Assembly: GCA_013239625.1 (NCBI GenBank)
Contig: MU053520.1
Location: 124,001-188,000 of the forward strand
DNA: 64,000 nucleotides
Direction: 5' to 3'
From: Lama guanicoe
Taxonomy: Eukaryota
This document shows, one piece after another, positions 53,459 to 64,000 of this stretch. The first letter of the stretch is position 1; each line of letters opens with the position of its first letter. Made by a program: the position numbers and the translations under genes. The notes beneath the pieces were generated by a model, which had not been told where the DNA came from, made no database searches, and saw only the letters and a program-made list of their open reading frames with translations.

Positions 53459-53709
53459 CTGCAAATAAGAAAAAAACTCAGAACATCCACACTATAATTT
53501 TACAAGATATCTGATAGAGCAGTGTTTGACTTTGTTACTTAAGAGAAGGGCATCTTTAACCATCAATACTTTGAAAGAACCACCGCAGAATCATGGTCAT
53601 GTTTAGAATGAAACTGTATATTTTTAAACTTTTTATTGTGGAAAATGTAAAATATATATGAAAGTGCAGGTAATAGTGCACTGAACTTCCATATACCCAT
53701 TATTCATCT

Positions 53710-53932
53710 TTTAAAAAAATTAATAGAAGTATTAAAATATGTCAGTTTCTAATGTACAGCATAATGTCCCAGTCATGCATATATATACATGTATTCATTT
53801 TTATATTCTTTTTCATTAAAGGTTATTACAAAATATTGAATATAGTTCCCTGTGCTAAAGAGAAATGTGTTTTTATTTATTCTTTTACTGAAGTATAGTC
53901 AATTTCTGGTGTACAGCATAATGTCTAGTCAC

Positions 53933-53966
<34 letters not shown>

Positions 53967-55175
53967 TTGTTTTCATATTCTTTTTCATTAAAAGTTTTTT
54001 ACAAGATATTGAATATAGTTCCCTGTGCTATATGGAAGAAATTTGCTTTTATGTATGGTTAACATTTGCAAATCTCCAACCCCCAAATTTATCCCTTCCT
54101 ATCCCCTTCCCCCAAGTAACCATCAGATTGTTTACTGTCTGCAAGTCAGTTTCTGTTTTGTTGATAAGTTCATTAGTGTCTGCTTTTATTTTTTTTTTTA
54201 GATTCCATATATGAGTGATATCACATAGTATTTTTCTTTCTCTTTCTGGTTTACTTCACTTAGAATTATTATCTCTAGGTCCATCCATGTTGCTGGAAAT
54301 AGCATTATTTTATTCTTTTTCTTTTTTCTTTTTGTATCACTGAGTAGTAGTCCACTGTATAAATATATCACAACTATCTTTATCTTTCTTTATCTGTTGA
54401 TGGACATTTAGGTTGATTCCATTTCTTGTCTATTGTATATAGTGTTGCTATGAACACTGAGGTGCATGTATCTTTTCAATTAGAGTTCCTTCCAGATATA
54501 TGCCCATGAGAAGGATTGCTGGATCATATGGTTAAGTCTACTATTAGTTTTTTGAGGAATCTCCATACTGTTTTCCATAATGGCTGCATCAAACTGCATT
54601 CCCACCAGCAGTGTAGGAGGGTTCCCTTTTCTCCACAGCCTCTCCAGCCTTTGTCATTTGTGGACTTTTGAATGATGGCCATTCTGGCTGGTGTGAGGTA
54701 AAACCTCACTGTAGTTTTGATTTGTATTTCTCTGATAATTAGTAATATTGAGCAGTTTTTCATGTGCCTATTGGCTATTCGTATGTCTTCTTTGGAGAAA
54801 TGTGCATTTAAGTCTTCTGCCCATTTTTGGATTGGGTTGTTTGTTTCTTTGTTGTTAAATTGTATAAGCTGTTTACATATTTTGGAAATTAAACCTTTGC
54901 CAGTTGAATCATTTGCAAATATTTTCTCCCATTCTGTAGGTTGTTTTTTTGTTTTACTTATGGTTTCCTTTGCTGTGCAAAAGCTTATAAGTTTAATTAG
55001 GTCCCATTTGCTTATTTTTGCTTGTATTTCTATTGCCTGGGTAGAATGCCCTTGGAGAACATTGCTAAAATTTATGTCAGAGAATGTTTTGCCTATATTT
55101 TCTTCTAGGAGGTTTATAATGTCTTGTCTCATTTTTTATATATGGTGGTTAACATTTGCAAATCTTTAACTCATA
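53710..55175 (-). mobile_element. Young L1 3' end nested in another L1 tail
   Basis: 202-aa ORF2 C-terminal ORF 54524-55132 (TLLHCWWEC); tail sequence present twice. Confidence 0.93.
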
Positions 55176-55179
55176 GTGA

Positions 55180-57200
55180 ATCTTGCTTCATATTTACTTC
55201 TGACCCAGGATATTTTAAGAAAATCCCAGACATCATATCATTTCATCAATAAATATTTATATAGATATTTCCAAAGTTAAATACTCTTATTAACATAACC
55301 ATAATATTTGTTGTGATTGATATAACCATAGTGATTTCTTAATGGCATCAGATAACCAATCATTATTCAAATTTCCTGAAGTATCACACAATGCACGCAT
55401 GCTTGTGCATAGAACACCATTCCCCCATCCCGATCCCACCTCATGCTTAGACACACATATTCTTCGTTTGAAACATGATTCAAAGAAGTTAATTTTTTAT
55501 GATTGATTATCTTGTGAGTATCTTTTAATTTATAGGTTTTTCTTCCATGTGTTTTTTCTTTGCAATTAATTTGTTGGCAAAATTAAGTTTGTCTTATGTT
55601 TTCCCACAATCTGGATTGTGCTGATTACATCCCTGTTGTGTTGATTAACGTTTTTGTTTGTTCCCTACACTTTCTGTAAATTAGCAGTTAGATCTTGAGG
55701 CTTGATCATATTTTGGTTTGATTTTGTGTATATGTGTGTTTGTGAGTGTGAGAGAGAGAAAAAGAGGGAGAGAATACTTCCATCAGGAGGAGCATGACAT
55801 CTGGCTGTTGGTGAGCAGTCATTGGTGACTATTGCCTAGCTTTAGTTTTTCATTAGGGGCTGAAAAAATACAATCATGCCTTTCTCATCTATTAGCTGAA
55901 ATAGTTTTCTAAAGACAACTTCCCCTGTTCAACAGTTTGGATACTAGAGTTATAATTTTTATATGAAATTGAGGTAAATATCTTTTATGCTTTTATTTAC
56001 TGGTTTCAAAAATAAGTAGCTTTCATTGTATATACCAATAGATATACCGATTAATTTTTCTTTTATTTATATTGTTATTCAAGAGTTTAAACACAGATTA
56101 TATGTTTAAATCTACCACAATTATTATTGGTCTTGATCAATGTATCCTACTAGGGCCAGTGAAAGCTTATTTTAATTGGCTCCTGAATCCTTTTAACTCT
56201 ACTAAAACAGTGCTTGAAATATTCCCTGCTTTCTATATTCCAGTATGCTCCATGTTCATCTTATATATTTCCTGTTTTAGACCTGAAATTACAGGTTTGC
56301 AGGGTGCTCTAGTTCCTTTTAGTGGCAAACGAGAGCTGGAGACACAATCTGGGTATTACGTTTATTTATTACCACTGGTTCTGTCATCGTTTAGGAGACA
56401 TTTTAGTGTGGCAGAGGTAGGATGCATGTATTTTTATTTTCAGGAAGTGCTTCATGAATTTTGGATTTCAGAGTTGTCATTTAACCTCTTCCATCTGCCA
56501 CCTGTATTTCCTTTCTTCCATGACAAAAATCTTAAATGGTGCCAAAAAAAGAATCATTTCATTTGTACTGCAAGATGCATACTATTGTCTCAGACCAAAA
56601 ATAAGACTGCCCACAACAATATAACTGAAAAGTTTTAAAAATTTTGCACTTATCTTTGTCCTTAGGGCATATACCACATACCTATTTAAGGATATATAGT
56701 AAAATTATAGTCTTTTACAGCCATTTGGAATTGTTCGTGTCACAGTTATAACATCAGCTTGACACAATTAGCTTGTTTCATTTGCTTCTGCTTTTTGGGA
56801 TTTTTCACATGTTGTTTATGTTTTAAAATTATGTAAAATACAGTAGGTTCCAAAAAATATCAATATAACAATATACACATTGAAAGTTTAGTTTCTATAT
56901 CTGGCTGCCCTATTTTCTCCTTCTCTTTATGGTTAAAAAGATTGTTTTAACATTTAACATTGTTTTACTTTTTGCTTTTAGTATTGTTATATGCAAATAT
57001 CTGCCCACCATCTCTCTCTTTACACAACACACACACATACACACACACACACAAATAAAAGAAATAGCAAATACAGTTATCTCTTTCACATTTCACTAAA
57101 CCTTAAATATCGAATATCACTCAATTTTAAATATACACAGAGATATCTCACTCTTTTTTTTGAGTTACATTTTCATCATTGGTGTATTGCATAAATATTC
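55180..57200 (-). mobile_element. Old L1MC/ME 3' region
   Basis: aaatcccagacatcatatcatttcatc and related L1M 3'UTR motifs. Confidence 0.6.
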
Positions 57201-57858
57201 CATAGTTTACTTAACGGACTCCCAGTTTTTGAAATCTGATACGTGTAATACATTCAAATATATTTCAGTTTGGACTAGCCACATCTCCCTGCTCAGTTGT
57301 CACATGTGCCTAGAGGCTAACCTTTTGGACAGTGCAGCTTGGAGAGTTGCCTATTTACCTATATTGTTTAAACAATCAGTAACCTGTATATAAATGAACA
57401 AAAAGTTAAAATTAGAAATTTATCCAACCTCATGTCATGGAGAAATATCAGTCATAAAACTGTATTCCATTTAGAAAATGTTTTCTTAGAGGCTTGATTT
57501 AGAATACAAAAAAAAAAGTGGGGAAAAATGGTGATACAATCATTCATTTATTGAACAATTACTCTAATAAGGGCATTCTAAGCACATTTCATTTAATATT
57601 TATGGCAATTTCATAGTGCAGTTACTGTCATATCCCCATTTTATAACTGGGGGAACTGAAGTTTAATGAGGTTTTATTAATTTGCTGAGATCATTACCAT
57701 GGCAAAATTTGGGAGACTTGGAATTCTGAACTTATATCTGATTGACTGTTATGCCCAGAGAGCTTAATCTGTGACTGGAGTGAAAAAAAAAATTTTTTTA
57801 GATTAGGACATGAAAAAAGTGGGAAAAAAAGAATAGAAAATGGTATTGCTGTAGATAC

Positions 57859-58583
57859 CAAGCAAACGACAGAGTGCTAAAGCACAAGACAGAAGATGAG
57901 CGACTGATGGATTTTCTTGCATCACTTTGAGGCTTCCATCTATTTCACTAGAGATGTTTTTCACCTAAAATTTCTCTTCAGTCCTTTTTTGTGTGGGAGC
58001 ATTTATAATTACGGAATTTACTCTATCTTAGTTAAATACAAAATGACTTAATGGATGGCTTTCTCTAAAGCCCATTACTGTATACTGCAGTTCTTCACAA
58101 TATTCATGGCTTCTTAAAAAGTAAACTGTCTAAGACTACTATAATAAGCACCATGTTTTATGCATATTTTATGCCACTTCTAGTAGGTATTACAAATATA
58201 TTAAATGTCTAAACTGTATAAGACCTTTCTATCAACATTCACTTAATGTTAATGCTTTATAAAATACATATGGAATAATAATAACCACTTCATATTCAAA
58301 ATCATTTATAATATCCCCTTACAGTGAGTTGCTGATTCATTAAAAACAACATGTTAATACATCAAAATTACTGCACAACATATGCTAAAGAGAAAAGAAA
58401 AGCATAAGCTGACTATCTTCTCTACAAATTATGACTTTTAGATTGAACATGATTTCTACCCAATGATACTCACTTGGTGAGCCAGGCATCCTTGGGTCTT
58501 CTTCTTATCTATTCTTTTGATAAACACATCAATGCCACAATGGCAAAAAGACTGACAATCGGTTATTTCCCAAATGGTAGATG
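57859..58583 (-). pseudogene. Two relic exons (58583-58474, 57964-57859)
   Basis: Donors gtgagt and gtatct; phase-0 join gives an open TIWEITDCQSFCHCGIDVFIKRIDKKKTQGCLAHQ|VKNISSEIDGSLKVMQENPSVAHLLSCALALCRLL, similar to DCLSGIYYRL..VQNVQNILEMLLRLL..YLTVCLKLHEAI. Confidence 0.65.
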
Positions 58584-59290
58584 CTTGGGTGCAAGTTAAT
58601 AATATGACAAAGATGAAATAAATAGTTTGGAAATGTTTATTAAGTTATCCAAAAACACTGTTAGAAAACCAGCTAAAAGCAACAAAATAGGTGCTTGTAA
58701 TCCAAGGAAGAATAAGATAAAGCCACAGTGTTTGAGGGGAGACCACAGTGATTAAGGTAGACCTAAAGTCAAAATGAAGCAGCAGTTAGTGTCATAGTTG
58801 TAAAGATATGGTGTGTATTATTACACTTAACTATTGAAACATAGAGAAGAAAGGGGATAAACTCTAAGAAAGTAGAAACTGGATTCAGAGGATTCAGAGA
58901 GGAGACAGGAGATGTTGTTTGAGCTTTGTCTTGAAAAATCCATTAATAAAAATAATTGCCCAGTTTGCTCAAAAATGGCAACTCTTAAATACAGTTAAAA
59001 CAGAATAGGAAAGGAAACTAATAGGAGATAAAATGAGACATTTTGGCTGGTGCCAGAAAGAAAATAGTTTTAGGCATTCCACTAAGTATTTTATCCTACT
59101 GGCAAGGGAGTAAAATTCGAAGTTCTAAAGTATATGACTAACATGCTTAGAGCTCTGTATTTATATTTATAACTAGTAATATGGAGGAGAATGTCTTGGA
59201 GAAAAGACAGATCAAATGCAATAATGTGACGAGAAATGGTAGGGCATAAATGAGATGTATCCCACAGATGCATGTAATGTAGACACATAC

Positions 59291-59884
59291 TTTGATCCAA
59301 GCTTTAGGTTCTTAAATAAGAAGTCATGAAAGCATTACTTTGGAAATATTAGAGAAATCAATAGTTGGCAGGTTAGAAAAAAAATCAGTATTTTTTCTTG
59401 CCTGAACAATGTTCCTTGTTCTTTATAATGTTGGTGACAATAACAGAAATGAGAAAGAGAAGGAATGCAAGATATCCAGGTTATAAGAGAGCCTACCTGT
59501 ATTGGGAACTGTTAGATTTCTATGCCAAAGATATTGACATTTCATTTATCAAAATCCTTCCCAAGGGCTAATCCACTGTGGATTAATTGCTTCCAAAACT
59601 GTGTTTTAAATTTTGAAGTTGTAGCGAAATAATTAACTATGTGACCATTTATCATATCATGTTTTAATATCAAATGGACAATATGAGCAATGAGTGTGTA
59701 TCAATGTTCTATTTGTAATTGAGCAGTGGTGCACATGTTTATTATTTTTTAAACATCATTTTAGCACCTGGTATCCAAAAAAAAATTAATGCTTTCTGTA
59801 TTGGGGACAGACTGGCTTTGAGAGTCCAAGGAGTACAGAGAATGAAACACCATTGTGATCAAAGATGAAAGGATTAACTCCAAC
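59291..59884 (-). pseudogene. Three small relic exons (59884-59768, 59598-59497, 59401-59291)
   Basis: AG/GT boundaries; SQWCFIL, PQWISPWEGF and AFMTSYLRT loosely match YTWLGAL, EDTWAALEGL and LFRSWFSLL. Confidence 0.5.
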
Positions 59885-59902
59885 CTGTTATAAATATAAG
59901 AC

Positions 59903-60065
59903 AGATTTTCTCAACCTCAGGACTTGGTATAGCTAATTCTTTGCTGGAACAGATGTCCTGTGTATTGACGATGTTCTGCAGCATCCCTGACCTCTATGTC
60001 TATGTGTCTGCAGCACTCATTTAAAGTTATGATAACTAAAAATATCTCCAGACATTGCCCAGTAT
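59903..60065 (+). mobile_element. MER20-like hAT element
   Basis: ttctcaacct..cagcatccctgacctcta..aaaaatatctccagacattgcc. Confidence 0.7.
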
Positions 60066-60069
60066 TGGC

Positions 60070-60518
60070 ATTGATAAAAGGCAACATTAAGACATCTTTT
60101 CACTTGAAAGTTGCACCAATGAAGTAACTCATCATGTGATCTACCACAAATTACTGAATTTCAAAGTAAACAGTTGCAAGCAAAATGGAAGGAGATCCCT
60201 GGGGGTAATAATAGCCAGAACTAAATCATGAATATATAGGGATGTATTTTAACTTTTTAACTGTCAGTAAATGTATTCATTTAATTCTTATTTCCATCTA
60301 TTCATCTGGACCACTGGCACAATCAACTCTTCTATCTTGCTAGAGTAGTCAAAAATACATGTTTTTAAATCCATAAATCCTTTGCAAACTAAGCATATTC
60401 TATAATTCCATATTCAGATAGATTTTTACAAACACTGGATTCATATTGGTGTGCAGCTTCTATATCCTCTAATTCTCCCACATACACATTGGTAAAGATT
60501 AACTTGTTTTCTCTTTAT
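60070..60518 (-). pseudogene. Relic exon, N-arm
   Basis: Acceptor ccccag; DIEAAHQYESSVCKNL and ELNEYIY*QLKS..DLVLAII resemble QIAAALMLDSTFSIL and EVKRYLWQHLKK..GLIVLFVV; frameshifted. Confidence 0.55.
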
Positions 60519-61639
60519 CTGGGGAAGGGAGGGGTAAAATTTGAGATCCTTTGCATATTTAGTGTCTCCTAAGAACGTTATGATTTGAATTTAGAAAAGG
60601 AGCTACACCACCTAAATTGCCTTTCTTGAAAGTAAAAAAAAAAAAAAAAGATGTGTATATATATGTGTACACATATATATATATATACCCTGAAGAATGA
60701 GAAATAACCAACTAGAGTAATGGTGGAACAAAAAGGTGAAGGGTGATTCACTGAATTTAAAAATCAGTTGCCCAGTGTATTCAGTCTATGGGATTCCTGC
60801 CATAAAAGAAAGGGAGGGAAGGAAACCTGAAAAGTAAGGGAAAATTTATGGACAATGTGGCATAGTGGGAAGAGCATAGTTTTCACATCCCAAATCCTCT
60901 GATTTCTAACTCAACTTCTGGCTAAGTTCCTCAGACTTTCTGGGTCTCAATTTCTACAGTGGAAGTTGCTCTCATTTACTTTCACAATTGAGTTTGAGAT
61001 TAAAATAATCATAATAGATGCCACTTATCAGTGTCAACCCCTATCTTATATGCCGCATATGTTCTCTGAATGATCTAAATATTACCTCAGTTAATATTAA
61101 TGACAACCCCATGAGATAAGCATTATTATCACTGTTCTACAGAAAAAGAAACAAAAGCAAAGAGAAGTTACACATAAGCGATGAGGCAGATTTAAATTTA
61201 GTCAATATGACTTTAAACAAGTGACTCTTGACGTTGCAACATGCCCTCATAAAGAACCAAAAGAAATGTCTTACACATAGTTGGTTAGGAATACACAATT
61301 GTTCTGTGCTTTCAACTTAATACTTGAAGTAATAGAAACAATAATCAACTAACTAAGTACATGAAGAAACTCAGATTTAATGCTAGGGAAAGAGTCCAAA
61401 TTCAACATCTCTCTCTTCCCCTATTAGCCACCTGATATCTGCTGATTCTCCTCTTCTTGACAATCTACTTTGGGCACTGCCTTATTCAGTTCTTCAAAAG
61501 TTTGTGGTCAACTCCAATCAAGTTTGCATATTGCTGCCAGAGTTTTCTAAACTAGAACTCTTATCATGCTAATGCCTTGCTTAAACATCCTTCAAGAGTT
61601 TCCTCTGGCTTCTGGTTTAAGTCTAAATGTCTCTTTTCA

Positions 61640-62200
61640 TTTAACAACATTTGGTTAATTTGAAGATTCACATATCCTTAGACCCAGTAATTTTACACTC
61701 AAGTATATATCCTAGATAAACTCTTGCATACATCTACCATGGGAACTTGAAAAATGTTCAATGTTATGTTGTTTGTACCAGTGAAAAATGGTAAATGACC
61801 TAAACAACATTTTTCAGAGCACTGAATAGAAAAAAAATGTATATATCATCAAATAATTGAATACTATGCAACATTTTAAATGAATGTCTTGCATTTATAT
61901 AAGAATACAGACTATTTTCCAAAAACTGAAATAGCAAATAAAAAGGAAAATAAATATGGCATAATATAATTGCTTAAAATCTACACAAAGACAAAACAGT
62001 AATATATATTGTTTACAAGGGTTTCATAGCTATATAGTAGAATTTGGGATAATTGTTACTTGTATTGATGAGAGAGGAGGTGACTGAAAAATTTTATGCA
62101 CAGGGGGCTTTTAGTGTATCTTCAATTTTTAAGGTGGATAACAGGTACATAGTGTTTATTATATTTTAAATATATTTTGCATGCTTTAAATAGTAGTGTC
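61640..62200 (+). mobile_element. Old L1ME 3' end
   Basis: gacccagtaattttacactc..gaatactatgcaac..gggataattgttac. Confidence 0.6.
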
Positions 62201-63035
62201 TAGAAAAATGAGTAACGAAAAATGAGTAACTAAAAATAAACCTATCAAAAAAGGCCCACCACAAGTTGATCCTTGTATATTTTTCCAGGATTCCTTGTTG
62301 ACAGTATACTGATGTTAACCTTCCAGTCATGATGAACTATGCACAGTTTCCTGAGCATAACACTCTTTCTTTTCCATATGGCTTATATAAGGCCACCATC
62401 CTGTCCATTCACCTTACTCCTTACTCACTGTTAAGGTTCAGCTCAGAGAAGTTTTACTCCAAGATCTTTTCTTCAAAGACTTTAGTCTGAATAATGACCG
62501 TATTCTGATTTATTCAAGCACCATCTCTACGTGTCAGTTCTTAAGACAATAGCAGCTAACTCTTTGGTTACATTTCAAAACCAATGGAAATTGGCAGGGG
62601 GGTTCTGCTCATTATAGGAACCCAGATAATGGAGGCTATGTCTGTAGCTGTGCCCTGACAGTCAGTGTGTCAGAAAGAAAGTGACAGGGTAGATCACTGT
62701 CTGGCTCTTAGTACTTATAACCAGAAGTGACCAAAGTCACTACCTTCACATTCATTGACCGAAGCACTTCAAATGATCTCTACTAACTTCAAAAGTAATG
62801 AGAAAGGGTAAGCCTTATGATGTGGTTAAAAGGTGAGAGTTTAATTTTGTGCCACTTGTGAAGAATCCTAATGCCCACAACTACAACAGTATTTTCTGTG
62901 TTGTATTATAATTAATTATTTACTCCCCTGAGCAGAATTCTTGTCTTCATCATCTCACTGTGTCTATCACCTTATACATTAGAAACAGTACTTGTAGTCT
63001 CAATAAGTGGGCAGGAGCTCACTAAATTCTACTAC

Positions 63036-63465
63036 TTTTAGACTGGTAATGCAGAAAGTAATGTTTGTGAGTGAACATTAGCATTTTATTATTGGCTTGT
63101 TTTCTGAAAATACCCTGCTTGATTGACTCTATAGTTATAGATACATGAATTTTCAAAGCAGATCATATTTAGTTTAGTTTTCCCACAAAGGAGGGGTAAA
63201 CTCAGCATCTATTCATTTTTATGTACATGGCAGATATTTTCTGGAAAGTGATGAATCAGGTCTGTCTTTTGGGGTGGTTTGTCCATGATCTACGGGTAGG
63301 AGAGTCAGTTTCTTCAGTTTTCTTGGTATAGATGTTCGTTGAAAAATCTACATCAGATTTTTCTAAGGTGGTTGTGAATTCAAACTCATAAGGATCTATC
63401 TGTTCTTGAAAATGGTTTACCTATTTATCATCCAAAGAGTAATGCTAATAGAAATTCAACTTTTC
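63036..63465 (-). pseudogene. Relic exon, CBM20-like region
   Basis: Acceptor cttag at 63466; FVGKTKLNMICFENSCIYNYRV resembles RNF213 [22 protein letters not shown]; several stops; donor position uncertain. Confidence 0.55.
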
Positions 63466-64000
63466 CTAAGACATTATAATTATATATATAATTATATACA
63501 CACACACATTTCTTTTAATAGCAATTAATTTACTATGTTGAGAGATGAGAAGGAATACATCATGTATTATCAGGTACTTCGTTTTTTTCCTTCTTTTTCT
63601 GGAGTTATAGATCCTTTTGCATTTCACTTTTTTAACATTTTGGAGAATTTATGAAACTTGAACTAAGCACTTTTGTCACAGCTAACTGATAAGTTATGTA
63701 ACATCTTATTAAACCTAAATACTAAGCATCAATTTGTATATTGATATTGAAGGCTAAATTTGTCACCCACACTTACAAAACCACAGCACAGTTGCATCCT
63801 AAACTCTTTTAGTATTTATAAACATTTTTGCATATCCCCAATAATCTAGCAGTAAATCCTGTTACCTATACCTTAAAGACATAATCAGAATTAACTACTG
63901 CTCATAGTCTTCAGTGTTCTCCTGTGTGGTCCAGGCCATTATCATCTGAACTATTTCAATAGTTTCAGTGTGTTCTCTCTACAGACTATTGAGTGATTAT

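Larger units (their letters stand above)
39210..63465 (-). pseudogene. RNF213-like: RNF213-like unprocessed pseudogene, block 1 (CBM20-like domain and N-arm exons); 5' end probably beyond the window
   Basis: About 17 AG..GT-bounded segments, mostly with compatible splice phases, whose translations follow RNF213 order. Examples: GRLCGTVREHFHFLQKDKLLIYKT*SLLKRV vs FRLCGTDEKILANVTEDAKRLIAVADSVLTKV; TARMLLQIKNSFAVLGIRWSFSV vs AAKVILQVKESLGLNGDFSV; GGKRIKIGFLLA..YRIPCLKNA vs GGINELKVFVDLA..DRVACFHDA. Many in-frame stops. Confidence 0.8.

Noticed and set aside
54524..55132. 202-aa ORF
   Set aside because: C-terminal fragment of L1 ORF2 from a truncated element, not a gene.
1..64000. CRISPR arrays, tRNA/rRNA genes, CpG-island promoter
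   Set aside because: None seen; the sequence is CpG-depleted mammalian DNA.

Overview
AT-rich mammalian genomic DNA. The young L1 3' ends look camelid-type (inference); no intact protein-coding gene is present. Beneath the usual L1, L2, MIR, LTR and DNA-transposon repeats, the whole window contains the decayed exons of one very large multi-exon gene. By manual translation and comparison from memory with human RNF213 (mysterin), these exons are collinear with RNF213 from the CBM20-like domain through the helical N-arm into the dynein-like AAA+ ring. Identity is low and there are many stops and frameshifts, so this looks like an old unprocessed RNF213-like paralog pseudogene, not RNF213 itself. 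The relic lies in three blocks: minus strand ~63.5 to 39.2 kb, then PLUS strand ~2.6 to 38.6 kb, then minus strand ~2.26 kb to the window start. That order implies a ~36 kb internal inversion, either real or an assembly artefact. Two L1s and an LTR sit inside former exons, and a 5'-truncated LAD1 processed pseudogene lies in one intron. All homology calls are by eye and need tBLASTn or HMM confirmation.
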